From Holosporaceae bacterium (lineage in GTDB: Bacteria > Pseudomonadota > Alphaproteobacteria > UBA3830): DNA of 64,000 bases. The stretch spans positions 727-64,726 of the forward strand of contig JAIRMQ010000029.1 in NCBI GenBank assembly GCA_031258575.1, given 5' to 3'. Under the pieces are notes generated by a model, which was not told where the DNA came from, did no database searches, and saw only the letters and a program-made list of their open reading frames with translations. The translations under genes were made by a program, and so were the position numbers. Below, piece after piece: positions 11,192 to 20,787 of the stretch. The number at the start of each line of letters is the position of its first letter. Positions within the stretch are counted from its first letter, which is position 1.

Positions 11192-12985
11192 ATGAAAAAA
11201 ATATTAGTAACCGCGCTATTAGGAGTAGAATTGCTTTCTGCGATGAATCAGTTTGAGCCATGGAGTACAGTATCTTGTCTTGATCCCAGAACTGTTTATC
11301 TTGACAAAAATGAAAAAACAGAAAAAATTATCCACGATACAAAAAAACAGATAGGGGAATATCTAAACGCTTTTTTTCTTAAAAAATTTAAAGAAAAAGT
11401 GAATCCTGAATTTGTTGAAGATCTCATGCAGGCTCTTGTCAAAGAGAAGATTTTATCCGTTTGGATTTTTTTTGAAAGAGTTTTTAGAATCCTTGTAAAT
11501 GGAAAAATAGGCAGCTTTTTAAAGTCCGAAAGGGATTGTCAAGTGTATATCGAAGAGATTCAAAAGCATGTCTTTCCTATGTTGGAACAATATAAACAAA
11601 ATTTAACTCCTCCTCTCAAATTTATTGAGAGCGATGATATAAGGGGATTCCCCGACCCCACTAAATTTTTCTTAATAGAATTTTCATCAAAATTACCTCC
11701 TGAAACTGAAGAGCTCTTAACGAAATTTTCATCAAAATACGGATTAACGTCTAATAATGTCAGAATAATAGATAGCGATAGTATTTTTAGTGGTTTTGAG
11801 AATCAACAGTTTCTGTCTATAGATAGAATAGCTTTTTATAAAGGACTGATAAAATCAACTCCGGAAACGAATTCACAAATACTCGATTTATGGACAAGTT
11901 TACTAGACGACGCTAATTTTATTCCTAAAAAAATAGAAATTTTATTTCAAATACCGTCTTATGATCAAATTACACTCCGTTACAATGGTGGCAATTTTAT
12001 TATGCCAACCGACGCTGAAATCGATGAATATGCAAAGCAGTATAAAGAACGAATAAAGCAAATGGTTAAGAACTCTCTTGCTTCGAATAATCATATACAG
12101 ACGCAAGTAATATTTCTTGCTGTCTATGAATACTTGCGCTCGAAAAACGTAAACGCTGATGGTAAAAGTCTAAAATTGATTTTTATGTCCGGTGAGGATG
12201 TTCCAGCAGAGAATTTTCCCCTATTTTTCCTCTATGCGAATCCAAATTTGACATGTGACGGACCAACAATTTCTCCTGTGAAAACAGCTCCCTCAATCCT
12301 AGGATATCCTCTCTATCCCGAGAAAATGACAGAGGCATTTAATCATGAACTAAGACACTCAATTCACAAAAATCTCGGATTGTTTTCAGATGAAAATTTG
12401 TGTGAGAAGTGTATGGAAGTTCCTTTTATAAAAGAACTTCTTTTTAACGATTTTCAAAAAATACAGGAACAAATTGAGAAAGATATTGGAAAAACATTGC
12501 CTAATACTTCTAAGGAAACCATTGATACTTTTTTAAATAATATAACAGGTTTTATGCCCCGAGAATTCTTTCAAAATTTTTCAAAAGAAAAAATCGCTGA
12601 AGATCCTATGGGATTTATCAAAGAATTGTCCATGCGTCTTGCCTATCATGTGGTCGATGGAATCACTGGGGGCGAAGAAGAAACACACAATATTATAGGA
12701 TTATTTTTCTCTAACGGTATTTTATATGTCGATAGAATAAACGACTATGTGGCGGCTCATGAACAAAAACAACCACTTCCTTGGACGCATCTCGGCTACA
12801 AGGAACTCATGAAAAGCATGCTGAATCTAGACGACCATCTTAAATATTGTACTATGGCGGACTATAGCAAAGTTTTTATTAGAAAATGTAGTAAGCGGAT
12901 GCTTTCAACCAATCCATTGAATCATCCAACTCCAGATGCTTTACAAATATTAGAAATTCTTCATGGGAAGCATCCGGATGATTAA
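11192..12985 (+). CDS. Orphan 597-aa protein with a weak N-terminal signal-like segment and an HExxH motif (candidate secreted zinc metalloprotease/effector)
   Basis: Long uninterrupted ORF behind a near-consensus promoter. The N-terminus is MKKILVTALLGVELLSA. HELRH lies at aa 385-389 (nt 12344-12358) and is followed by SIH. I recognise no other family motifs. Confidence 0.6.
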   Translation: MKKILVTALLGVELLSAMNQFEPWSTVSCLDPRTVYLDKNEKTEKIIHDTKKQIGEYLNAFFLKKFKEKVNPEFVEDLMQALVKEKILSVWIFFERVFRILVNGKIGSFLKSERDCQVYIEEIQKHVFPMLEQYKQNLTPPLKFIESDDIRGFPDPTKFFLIEFSSKLPPETEELLTKFSSKYGLTSNNVRIIDSDSIFSGFENQQFLSIDRIAFYKGLIKSTPETNSQILDLWTSLLDDANFIPKKIEILFQIPSYDQITLRYNGGNFIMPTDAEIDEYAKQYKERIKQMVKNSLASNNHIQTQVIFLAVYEYLRSKNVNADGKSLKLIFMSGEDVPAENFPLFFLYANPNLTCDGPTISPVKTAPSILGYPLYPEKMTEAFNHELRHSIHKNLGLFSDENLCEKCMEVPFIKELLFNDFQKIQEQIEKDIGKTLPNTSKETIDTFLNNITGFMPREFFQNFSKEKIAEDPMGFIKELSMRLAYHVVDGITGGEEETHNIIGLFFSNGILYVDRINDYVAAHEQKQPLPWTHLGYKELMKSMLNLDDHLKYCTMADYSKVFIRKCSKRMLSTNPLNHPTPDALQILEILHGKHPDD

Positions 12986-13039
12986 GAAATTTTTCGGCAT
13001 AACGAACAGTGAAAATATGATATATACCGAATCACGAGA

Positions 13040-13942
13040 TTAAACATTAATGAAAAATGCCGCAAGTTTTCTGTAATTATTTGTCTGTTTCCATTCCACA
13101 GATCTAACGTATTTTTGTATTTTCAAAAAAGCTTTTTTCTCTATTTGCCTTATACGTTCGGAGGATAAATTCATATCGCTTCCGATCTCGCCTAAGGTTT
13201 TTGTTGGAGTATTCAATCTATAAGCGCATACTATATTGTATTCCTTTGGCGATAGCGTATTTAAAGCTTCGTGTAGGATTTTTTTTCTGTATTCAAATTC
13301 TTCTTTTTCTAGTATTTCTTTTTCGTGAGAATCTCCAGTATTTGAAATAAAATCTTCCCATTCGGATTTTCCATCCTCTCCAATTGAATAATTCATAGAA
13401 AAATCTTTATTAGTAAAACGCTTTTCGAGAGTCATAACATCATCTCTACTGACCTGCATTTTATTAGCAATTAAATCAATATTTTCATCGGATATATTAT
13501 CAATTCCCAGCATGTTTTTCATTTTTCTTAGGCCAAAAAATAATTTGCGATACTTTTTATTGGAATTCAATTTTACAATAGACCAGGAATTATATATAAA
13601 GCTTTGGATTTTCGCTTTTATCCACCACATAGCATAGGTGGAAAATCTATAGCCAATGGAAGGATCAAAGTGCTGAATGGCATGCATTACTCCGATATTG
13701 CCTTCGGCAACTAGATCAGCTTGAGATAATCCGTATCCGGAGTAGCCTTTTGCTATTCTTACTACCAATCTGAGATGACTAGAAATAATTTTGTCGAGCG
13801 CTTTTTTATCTCCTTTTTCTTTCCAGCAGCTGGCTAGTTCGAATTCTTCATCTTTTTCCAAAAGTGGAAATTTTCTAATCTCCGCAACATACGATGTTAA
13901 AGAATCGCTATTTAATAAACTGCGAAATGCGGTTTGTTTCAA
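13040..13942 (-). CDS. rpoH: RNA polymerase sigma-32 (heat-shock sigma factor)
   Basis: RpoH box KYRKLFFGLRKMK, region 2 GNIGVMHAIQHFDP, region 4.2 LSSERIRQIEKKA. Confidence 0.93.
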   Translation of the reverse strand: MKQTAFRSLLNSDSLTSYVAEIRKFPLLEKDEEFELASCWKEKGDKKALDKIISSHLRLVVRIAKGYSGYGLSQADLVAEGNIGVMHAIQHFDPSIGYRFSTYAMWWIKAKIQSFIYNSWSIVKLNSNKKYRKLFFGLRKMKNMLGIDNISDENIDLIANKMQVSRDDVMTLEKRFTNKDFSMNYSIGEDGKSEWEDFISNTGDSHEKEILEKEEFEYRKKILHEALNTLSPKEYNIVCAYRLNTPTKTLGEIGSDMNLSSERIRQIEKKAFLKIQKYVRSVEWKQTNNYRKLAAFFINV

Positions 13943-15259
13943 TTAGTTCCCTCCAACAACTATCTCATCTATAAGCAAAGTCGGAGAATCTATTCCAAAT
14001 TCCATTTTAAGGTCAGATGCGGGAAGACAACGAGAGAACATCTCCAGAAAGTTACCTGCAATCGTTATCTCGTTAACCGGGGATGTAATTTCTCCATTTT
14101 CGATTAAAAAACCAACTGCGCCTTGACTATAATTACCTGTGACTAGGTTTAATCCATTTCCCATAACTTCAACAACATATAAGCCGTACTTCACGGATTT
14201 TAAAAGATCCGAAAAGGAGTTCTTTCCATTTTCGATGTAAATATTATGAGGAGAAATTCCTTCGAACCCCTCAGCATTTCTTGTCGAAGTCATTTGTAAC
14301 AAATTCGCATATTTAGTATTCAGAAGAAATAAATTCAAAACTCCATTTTTGATAACAGAATTATCGGTACAAGCTAATCCTTCAGAATCAAGTGGACGAG
14401 ACCTTAATCCGCGTGGGATAGCATATCGATCTATAACATTGATGGAATCTCCAAATACTTTTTTATGTAATTTATCTTTTAAGAAACTGATATTTTTTGC
14501 AACTGCAGCGCCATTGACCGCTTCTACCAAGCTACACAACAACTGACCTGCTACTCTTCTATCGAAGACTACGGGAACTTTACAGGATTTTATCTTTTTT
14601 GCTCCCAATCTTTTTAAAGTTCTCTCCGCGGAACAATGTGCTAATTTTTTGGCATCCTTCAAATCTGAATGATAAATAGCTTCTGTTATATCGAAATCTC
14701 TTTCTAGAAAACCATCTTTTTCCGCCAGAGTTACAATGGACAATTGATTGAAAGTTTTCTCATAACTTGCGGAAAAATCATTATTCTTTAAGAGCATGAA
14801 TTTCGAGCGGAAATGGCTCGCTTGTGCTCCTTCTGAATTGGTAATTCCTTTAACTTGAAGAGCTTCCTCTTCGCATTCAATCGCTTTGGCGATTAATTCA
14901 TCTAAAGATACTTCTCGTGGATCGCATATATCGATTTTTTCTGGAGCCTTGCATAATTGATCGACTTTTGGACGGAAAGCGACTGGTTCTTCAGGAGAAT
15001 TTTTAGCTGCGGATACAACTTTCTCGATAAAAGATTCTTTTTGTAGCTCATCTAAACTGTCGGTAGAGACAATGGCACTTTTTTTCCCGATTGAAACACG
15101 CATTTTTACGCTTGTTATATCCGATTTAACAATTTTTTCTAATTTTGCGAGACGTGTAGTAACTGAAATCGTATTACTTTCGCTACACAAAACATCAACT
15201 TGATCTGCTCCGCATTTGCGAATAGATTGAACAACTTTTTCTAAAATTCCAACATCCAT
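13943..15259 (-). CDS. pmbA: TldD/PmbA-family metalloprotease (PmbA/TldE-like)
   Basis: 438 aa with the typical PmbA N-terminus (GADQVDVL..., SVTTRLAKLE) and C-terminal GNYSQGAVGFLIENGE. Confidence 0.85.
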   Translation of the reverse strand: MDVGILEKVVQSIRKCGADQVDVLCSESNTISVTTRLAKLEKIVKSDITSVKMRVSIGKKSAIVSTDSLDELQKESFIEKVVSAAKNSPEEPVAFRPKVDQLCKAPEKIDICDPREVSLDELIAKAIECEEEALQVKGITNSEGAQASHFRSKFMLLKNNDFSASYEKTFNQLSIVTLAEKDGFLERDFDITEAIYHSDLKDAKKLAHCSAERTLKRLGAKKIKSCKVPVVFDRRVAGQLLCSLVEAVNGAAVAKNISFLKDKLHKKVFGDSINVIDRYAIPRGLRSRPLDSEGLACTDNSVIKNGVLNLFLLNTKYANLLQMTSTRNAEGFEGISPHNIYIENGKNSFSDLLKSVKYGLYVVEVMGNGLNLVTGNYSQGAVGFLIENGEITSPVNEITIAGNFLEMFSRCLPASDLKMEFGIDSPTLLIDEIVVGGN

Positions 15260-15262
15260 ATT

Positions 15263-16333
15263 TCATTCCATTTTAAGTTGAGTTGCTTGAATTATTTCGT
15301 CTGAAAGATCAATTTTCCCATCTTTAACCATTAAAGAAATAAAGTTGAAAGCATTCTGTGCGAAAAGTCTACTAGCATCATCGGCAACTCGGCTTGCAAG
15401 ATTAGTGTACCCTATAATAGTTACTCCCCCTTCATGAACTATTTTGTCAGGTTCAGAGAGAGCACAATTCCCCCCAGTTTCCGTAGCCAAATCGACTATC
15501 ACAGATCCGATAGGCATAGATTTAACCATTTCTTTCGTTATTAATTTAGGAGCGGGTTTTCCTGGGATTTGAGCCGTTGAAATGACTATATCAGAGTTTG
15601 CTATAGCTTGAGCCAATTTTTCCGCCTGACGCTTCTGATAATCAATACTCATTTCTTTTGCATAACCGCCAACGCTTTCTCCGTCATCATTATTTTCTAC
15701 TTCTATAAAAGAAGCTCCCAGACTTTCCACTTGTTCTTTTGCTGCGGCACGCACGTCAAAAGCATAAACGTTGGCTCCCAGTCTTCTAGCTGTGGCAATA
15801 GCTTGTAAACCAGCAACTCCAGCTCCTAGAATAAGAACTTTCGCAGGACGAATCGTTCCGGCTGCCGTCATCATCAATGGAATAATTCTATGATATTCGT
15901 AAAGAGCCTCAATAACCGCGCGATATCCGGCGAGATTCGCCTGAGAAGATAGTATGTCCACCGATTGCGCTCGTGTAATTCTTGGAACTTTTTCTAAATT
16001 AAATAAACTAATACCATCTCTTATTCTCTTTTCTATCTCTTGTTTTTTTATGTGCGATAACATTGCAACGAGGCAGACACCAGATTTCAATTTTATATCC
16101 TTAGTAAAGCAAGGCTTAACGCTAAGATATATATCTGCATCTGGAATATTTTTTTTCTTTTCAATCTTCGCCCCTGCTTTGAGATATTCTTCATCAGAAA
16201 AACCAGCCTCTATTCCGACATTAGTCGGTAATATTACGTCAATTCCTTGCTTTAGGTATTTTCGTACTGATTCAGGAGTTACGGCAACTCTTTTATCGCT
16301 ATTATTGGGTATTACACTGATTTTTAGTCCCAT
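15263..16333 (-). CDS. pntAA: NAD(P) transhydrogenase subunit alpha part 1 (dI domain)
   Basis: PRITRAQSVDILSSQANLAGYRAV and GAGVAGLQAIATARRLGA closely match the PntA dI hallmark. No pntAB or pntB lies downstream. Confidence 0.9.
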   Translation of the reverse strand: MGLKISVIPNNSDKRVAVTPESVRKYLKQGIDVILPTNVGIEAGFSDEEYLKAGAKIEKKKNIPDADIYLSVKPCFTKDIKLKSGVCLVAMLSHIKKQEIEKRIRDGISLFNLEKVPRITRAQSVDILSSQANLAGYRAVIEALYEYHRIIPLMMTAAGTIRPAKVLILGAGVAGLQAIATARRLGANVYAFDVRAAAKEQVESLGASFIEVENNDDGESVGGYAKEMSIDYQKRQAEKLAQAIANSDIVISTAQIPGKPAPKLITKEMVKSMPIGSVIVDLATETGGNCALSEPDKIVHEGGVTIIGYTNLASRVADDASRLFAQNAFNFISLMVKDGKIDLSDEIIQATQLKME

Positions 16334-17039
16334 GAATCCTCTCTATTAATTTTGTCATCAAATAATTTCGAGACAACGGCAATCTTTCGATGTTTATACC
16401 ATAAAAATATATCTTTAAAAAATGCTCTGTTATTTTTAAAGCAGAAAAAATATCGTTATCCGTTGGTGTATCGTTAGAAACCAAAAAAGGAGGGAGAACA
16501 AATAACTTATCTTTATGTTTTTCTCCAGCTTCTTTCGTAATAGCGCAGCCTGTTTTAGGAGAAACATAAAACAGTCCTTCAGTTTTCCCAGTAACAGCAC
16601 ATCGGGATAGACTTAATCCAACGCCTACCTCTGCTAAAAATTGGATTTCAAAAAAAACATAGTTAATTAAAAAATCTTTTTCTTTGGGCATGGAAAGTAA
16701 TAAAGTTTTCAATGCGTCGTATAAATTCGGATGAGGTGCTTTTTCCGGCAATCCTTTCAAACAAAGAAAACATGCGTTTTCGATTATAAAAATTCCAATG
16801 GGATTATTAATAATATGTACAAAAGGAGAGAAAATAATTTCCATTTTAAATCTTCCTAATTGTTCGGCTGTGCGTCCGTTCCATGTAACATCGCTTATAT
16901 CACCGGATTGAAGTGATTGTTTTAATCCAGTTACTAACCCGGATATTTTTCCCATTTTCTTATTGAATACTGTGATTATCCTAGAATTTTCAGAAAACGA
17001 TTTTGATGAAAGAATAATGCTGTGTTCACGCCAATGCAA
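16302..17039 (-). CDS. recO: DNA repair protein RecO
   Basis: 245 aa with an N-terminal OB-like segment (EHSIILSSKSFSENSRIITVFNKKMGKISGLV). Sits in the conserved lepB-rnc-era-recO position. Its 3' end overlaps the pntAA start by 32 nt. Confidence 0.85.
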   Translation of the reverse strand: MHWREHSIILSSKSFSENSRIITVFNKKMGKISGLVTGLKQSLQSGDISDVTWNGRTAEQLGRFKMEIIFSPFVHIINNPIGIFIIENACFLCLKGLPEKAPHPNLYDALKTLLLSMPKEKDFLINYVFFEIQFLAEVGVGLSLSRCAVTGKTEGLFYVSPKTGCAITKEAGEKHKDKLFVLPPFLVSNDTPTDNDIFSALKITEHFLKIYFYGINIERLPLSRNYLMTKLIERIHGTKNQCNTQ

Positions 17040-17047
17040 TGATTATC

Positions 17048-17869
17048 CTACCTATTAACTAAAACACGCAAAAATAAATGCACTTTCTTTTCTAATAAAA
17101 AAGATAACTCTTTTCGTGCTGCTTCTCCTATAGATTTTATTTTCTGCCCATCATGCCCAACAAATATAGTTTTGTGTGGAATACTTTTTACATAAATATT
17201 TTGTTCTATTCTCATACTTCCATCGGATTGATTTTGACAATCTACAGTTTCTATTGTGCACTGATATGGAATTTCTTCGTGTATGCGATGATAAACATGC
17301 TCACGAGTAATTTCCGCTGCATATTTCTCGAAAGATAAGTCAGTGATTTCATTTTCATCGTAAAGCCATTCATTTTCAGGCATAGAAGAGGCGAAGTATT
17401 TTTTTATATCTTCTACTCCACTCCCTGTTAAAGCAGAAACCATAAATATATTTTCGAAAGATCTTATCTTATTAAATATTGCTGCGGTTTCCAGTAACAT
17501 TGGTTTATGAATTAAGTCTACTTTGTTTATAGCTAGGGATATCTTTTTATCCGCGTGGATTTTTTTTAGCATTTCTACGCTTAAATCAAATTTTTTCTTA
17601 CTGCCATCTATTACAAATAAAATTTGCTCAGATTCTCGAAATGCATTCCAGGTAGTCTGCTCCAAATTCTTCGCTTTTGAAGAAAATCCTGGAGTATCAA
17701 TAAAGATAATCTGACTTTCATCTTTAATAGCTATTCCTAGAATTCGGAACAAAGTTGTCTGAATTTTTCGAGAGACAATTGAAACCTTCTGCCCCACTAA
17801 TTTGTTGATTAGCATTGATTTTCCTGCGTTTGTCTCTCCGAGGACTGCAATAAATCCACATTTTTTCAA
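17048..17869 (-). CDS. era: GTPase Era
   Basis: G1 GETNAGKS, G3 DTPG, G4 NKVD, and a C-terminal KH domain. Confidence 0.93.
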   Translation of the reverse strand: MKKCGFIAVLGETNAGKSMLINKLVGQKVSIVSRKIQTTLFRILGIAIKDESQIIFIDTPGFSSKAKNLEQTTWNAFRESEQILFVIDGSKKKFDLSVEMLKKIHADKKISLAINKVDLIHKPMLLETAAIFNKIRSFENIFMVSALTGSGVEDIKKYFASSMPENEWLYDENEITDLSFEKYAAEITREHVYHRIHEEIPYQCTIETVDCQNQSDGSMRIEQNIYVKSIPHKTIFVGHDGQKIKSIGEAARKELSFLLEKKVHLFLRVLVNR

Positions 17870-17873
17870 TTTA

Positions 17874-18536
17874 TCACTTTATTTTTTCCATCAATCTTTT
17901 CGCAGCATTATGTTCTGCATTCTTTTTAGAATTTCCGTATCCCAATGCTGATTCTCCACAGGCAGTAACCTCGATTTCGAAAGTAGGATTATGAGCTTCT
18001 CCCGTCATTTTAATTAATTTATAGATAGGAAGTTGGAGGAATTCAGCTTGGCTTTTTTCCTGCAGCATAGTTTTAAAATCCTTTTCTTTCGTACTATTAA
18101 TATCATCTGACCAAAGCTTTATAATAATTTGTTTAACTGTTTCAAAATTCGAGTCTAAGAAAATCGCGCCAAGGATCGCTTCCAACATATCTGCAATTGC
18201 CGAAGAATTTTTATCTACAGATATGAAGAAATCTTTCGGGAAAGTTAAACAATCTATAATTTTTGTTTTTTTCACTATTTTTATCAAAAAATCCGTCCCT
18301 GCTAAATTAGCGATTCTTATCGCCAAGCTTCCTTCGCGTTCGTCTAAAAAATTTTCATAGAGGAAATTCGCCAGAGAAAGTCCCAGAACACGATCTCCTA
18401 GAAATTCAAGTCTTTCGAAATATTTTTTATCCCCTTTTATTCCTGGATGAAAAATAGCAGCTTCTATTAGCTCATTTTTTCTAAAATTGTATCCTATTAT
18501 TTTCTGTAGCTTTAACACGCTATCAAGCGTGGGCAT
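17874..18536 (-). CDS. rnc: Ribonuclease III
   Basis: RNase III signature ERLEFLGDRVLG plus a C-terminal dsRNA-binding domain. Confidence 0.94.
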   Translation of the reverse strand: MPTLDSVLKLQKIIGYNFRKNELIEAAIFHPGIKGDKKYFERLEFLGDRVLGLSLANFLYENFLDEREGSLAIRIANLAGTDFLIKIVKKTKIIDCLTFPKDFFISVDKNSSAIADMLEAILGAIFLDSNFETVKQIIIKLWSDDINSTKEKDFKTMLQEKSQAEFLQLPIYKLIKMTGEAHNPTFEIEVTACGESALGYGNSKKNAEHNAAKRLMEKIK

Positions 18537-19348
18537 TAAATAATCCTCTTAAAATAGCGGCTATATCTTATATTCTGAAGCCACAGCCAAAATTCCCACA
18601 ACTTAACTCCATTATCTATTGAGTGAATAATGAACCATGCTCTTCCCATAAGATTTTCCGCTGGCACAAAGCCCAACCCGCATCGTGAATCCTTAGAACA
18701 ATCACGATTGTCTCCCATGACGAAGTAATATCCTTCTGGTACCGTGACTTCATCAAAATTATTTGCTTTTGAAAATTTCATACTGTCGATGTATGCGACC
18801 GTATGAACAGGAGCATCGGATAGAGGCAATTTTTCTTCATAAAAATTTAATTCCGTAAAATTATGTACGTTGATATCATGGTACACTGTTTTCTTTTTAA
18901 ATTTTAGTGTTGCATCCACTCCATTTACCGTAATGATGCCGTTACTTACACTTACCTTATCTCCAGGTAACGCGATGACTCTTTTAATTAGGTTTATATC
19001 GTTATTCTGCGGATTATCTTTGTCGTATGGATGCTTAAATACAATGACTTCCCCGCGTTTTACGTTGTTTTTAAAAAACACACGTCCGGAAAATAAATTC
19101 GGACTAAACCATATGCTGTGTTTACTGAATCCATAAGTAAACTTCTCTACAAAAGGCATATCTCCTATTAACAGTGTGGGCACCATAGAACTAGACGGAA
19201 CTATATACCAATCAAATACAAAAAATCTAAAAAGAGAAAAGAAGAAAGCGAATACGACAATGAATTTCAGATCACTTTTTAACTGCTCTCTTTTGCTTGG
19301 CTTTACTTTTTCTTCAGGGGAAGAAATTTCTTTGGGTTCTTCACTCAT
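18536..19348 (-). CDS. lepB: Signal peptidase I
   Basis: TM anchor, catalytic Ser box PSSSMVPTL, Lys box IKRVIALPGD, and GDNRDCSKDSR. Confidence 0.92.
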   Translation of the reverse strand: MSEEPKEISSPEEKVKPSKREQLKSDLKFIVVFAFFFSLFRFFVFDWYIVPSSSMVPTLLIGDMPFVEKFTYGFSKHSIWFSPNLFSGRVFFKNNVKRGEVIVFKHPYDKDNPQNNDINLIKRVIALPGDKVSVSNGIITVNGVDATLKFKKKTVYHDINVHNFTELNFYEEKLPLSDAPVHTVAYIDSMKFSKANNFDEVTVPEGYYFVMGDNRDCSKDSRCGLGFVPAENLMGRAWFIIHSIDNGVKLWEFWLWLQNIRYSRYFKRII

Positions 19349-19349
19349 T

Positions 19350-19775
19350 TTATTGATCTTTCTGAGCGCGTTCTAGCTTTTCATGTCGCTCTTGAGCTTC
19401 TACGCTTAAAGTCGCGACAGGACGTGCTTCGAGTCGTTTTAGAGCAATAGGCTCTCCTGTCATTTCGCAAAAACCATAGGTCTTATTTTTTATCCTCAAC
19501 AAGGCTTCATCAATTTTATTAATTAATTTACGTGCTCTTTCCTTAGTTCTGAGTTCGTATGCTAAATCTGTTTCAGTAGATGCACGGTCAGCAACATCAA
19601 TACACGACTCAGTATCATCAATAAGGCATTTGATTATATCGTCCGTACCACAAAGAATATCTTCTTTCCATCTGACCAGTTTACGTCGGAAATATTCCAG
19701 TTGAAAATCGCACATAAACTCTTCTTTTTCCAATGGTCTATATCCGTCAGGTAGCTCACAAATTTCATTATCCAT
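19350..19775 (-). CDS. dksA: RNA polymerase-binding transcription factor DksA
   Basis: Coiled-coil region plus the C-terminal YGFCEMTGEPIALKRLEARPVATLSVEAQERHE. Confidence 0.9.
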   Translation of the reverse strand: MDNEICELPDGYRPLEKEEFMCDFQLEYFRRKLVRWKEDILCGTDDIIKCLIDDTESCIDVADRASTETDLAYELRTKERARKLINKIDEALLRIKNKTYGFCEMTGEPIALKRLEARPVATLSVEAQERHEKLERAQKDQ

Positions 19776-19794
19776 AACACAAAACTTAATTAAA

Positions 19795-20151
19795 TTATTT
19801 AAAAGCCACTTTTACTTTATTAACAATCTCACCGAATGCTTCTTTATCCCTTATTGCTAAATCAGACAGAATTTTCCTATCTATAGCGATATTTGCTTTG
19901 CTCAACCCATTAATAAATTGAGAATATTTTAAACCGTACTCTCGAACTGCAGCATTTATTCTAATTATCCACAGACTACGTAAATCTCTTCTTTTATTGC
20001 GTCTATCCCTGTAAGCATATTGCATCGATTTTTCAAGACGCTCTATGGCAGAACGATAACAATTTTTTGATCTTCCAATAAACCCCTTAGAAAGTTTTAT
20101 GATTTTTCTATGGCGAGCATGCGTTGTCACGCCTCTTTTTACCCTTGACAT
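19795..20151 (-). CDS. rplT: 50S ribosomal protein L20
   Basis: [17 protein letters not shown]..., a full-length L20. Confidence 0.97.
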   Translation of the reverse strand: MSRVKRGVTTHARHRKIIKLSKGFIGRSKNCYRSAIERLEKSMQYAYRDRRNKRRDLRSLWIIRINAAVREYGLKYSQFINGLSKANIAIDRKILSDLAIRDKEAFGEIVNKVKVAFK

Positions 20152-20163
20152 TTTTTCTCCTTT

Positions 20164-20361
20164 TTATCTATATGGCATATATTTTAGGACATTCTTGGCA
20201 TCGCAGGAACTCAATACCATAGTTCCACGTGATTGCCTTTTCATTTTCTGAGGACGCTTTCTCAAATTATGTCTCTTAAAAGCAGATTGTACTATTATCT
20301 TACCAGAGGCGGTAAAACTAAAACGCTTTTTCGCTGAACTTTTCGTTTTTAACTTGGGCAT
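20164..20361 (-). CDS. rpmI: 50S ribosomal protein L35
   Basis: [14 protein letters not shown]... The internal ATG at 20361 gives the canonical 65-aa protein, so the 116-aa track ORF is an artefactual 5' extension. Confidence 0.95.
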   Translation of the reverse strand: MPKLKTKSSAKKRFSFTASGKIIVQSAFKRHNLRKRPQKMKRQSRGTMVLSSCDAKNVLKYMPYR

Positions 20362-20787
20362 TTTATCCTCTTTATTAGTACAAAGCGCATCATAAAAAAT
20401 ACTCTTTATAAAGTCAATTGGTTGGAGTATATAAAGTGATATCAGTGGAACCACTTTGGATTGTGAACGAATTCTTAGTAGGAAGCATGCACCTATTAAA
20501 AATGGGCCTGGCATATAATATGTCTTTCTGCGCTTTCGTCTGCTTGGTAGTTATAACGTATATCTACTACAGTCCTCACAAAGAACAATATCGGATATCT
20601 TCCTGTTGATCTGAAGCTTACGCGAATAGCTAGTTTGCAGTAATTCAAAATATGTTGAACAGAATTTTGTGACCATTGTGCACAATAATTGATAGACGCA
20701 TTAAATATTGATCATGTTCAATGGAAAAAACATAGTTGTTAAAACTTTTCTTACGAATAAAGATTAGGATCGAATGGGGAGATGTAG

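Noticed and set aside
12986-13039. Possible bidirectional terminator between the orphan 597-aa gene and rpoH (TTCGG...CCGAA)
   Set aside because: The stem is only 5 bp, the loop is about 29 nt, and there is no adjacent T-run. This is not a credible intrinsic terminator.
15263-16333. pntAA standing alone without pntAB/pntB, or alternatively an alanine dehydrogenase
   Set aside because: The PRITRAQSVDILSSQANLAGYRAV motif is PntA-type rather than Ald-type. Split pnt genes are known in alphaproteobacteria, and the partner genes may lie outside the window. This cannot be judged from here.
19350-19775. DksA with only one of the four zinc-finger cysteines (CEMTG...SVEAQ)
   Set aside because: From memory, Cys-poor DksA is the normal alphaproteobacterial form. 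The ORF is full length with an intact coiled coil, so I do not treat it as decay or novelty.
20362-20514. 51-aa N-terminal extension of the L35 ORF, and likewise 59866-59931 for L21
   Set aside because: Internal ATGs give canonical L35 (MPKLKTK...) and L21 (MFAVVRTGGKQYKV) N-termini. The extensions are hydrophobic or low-complexity read-through of the upstream region.
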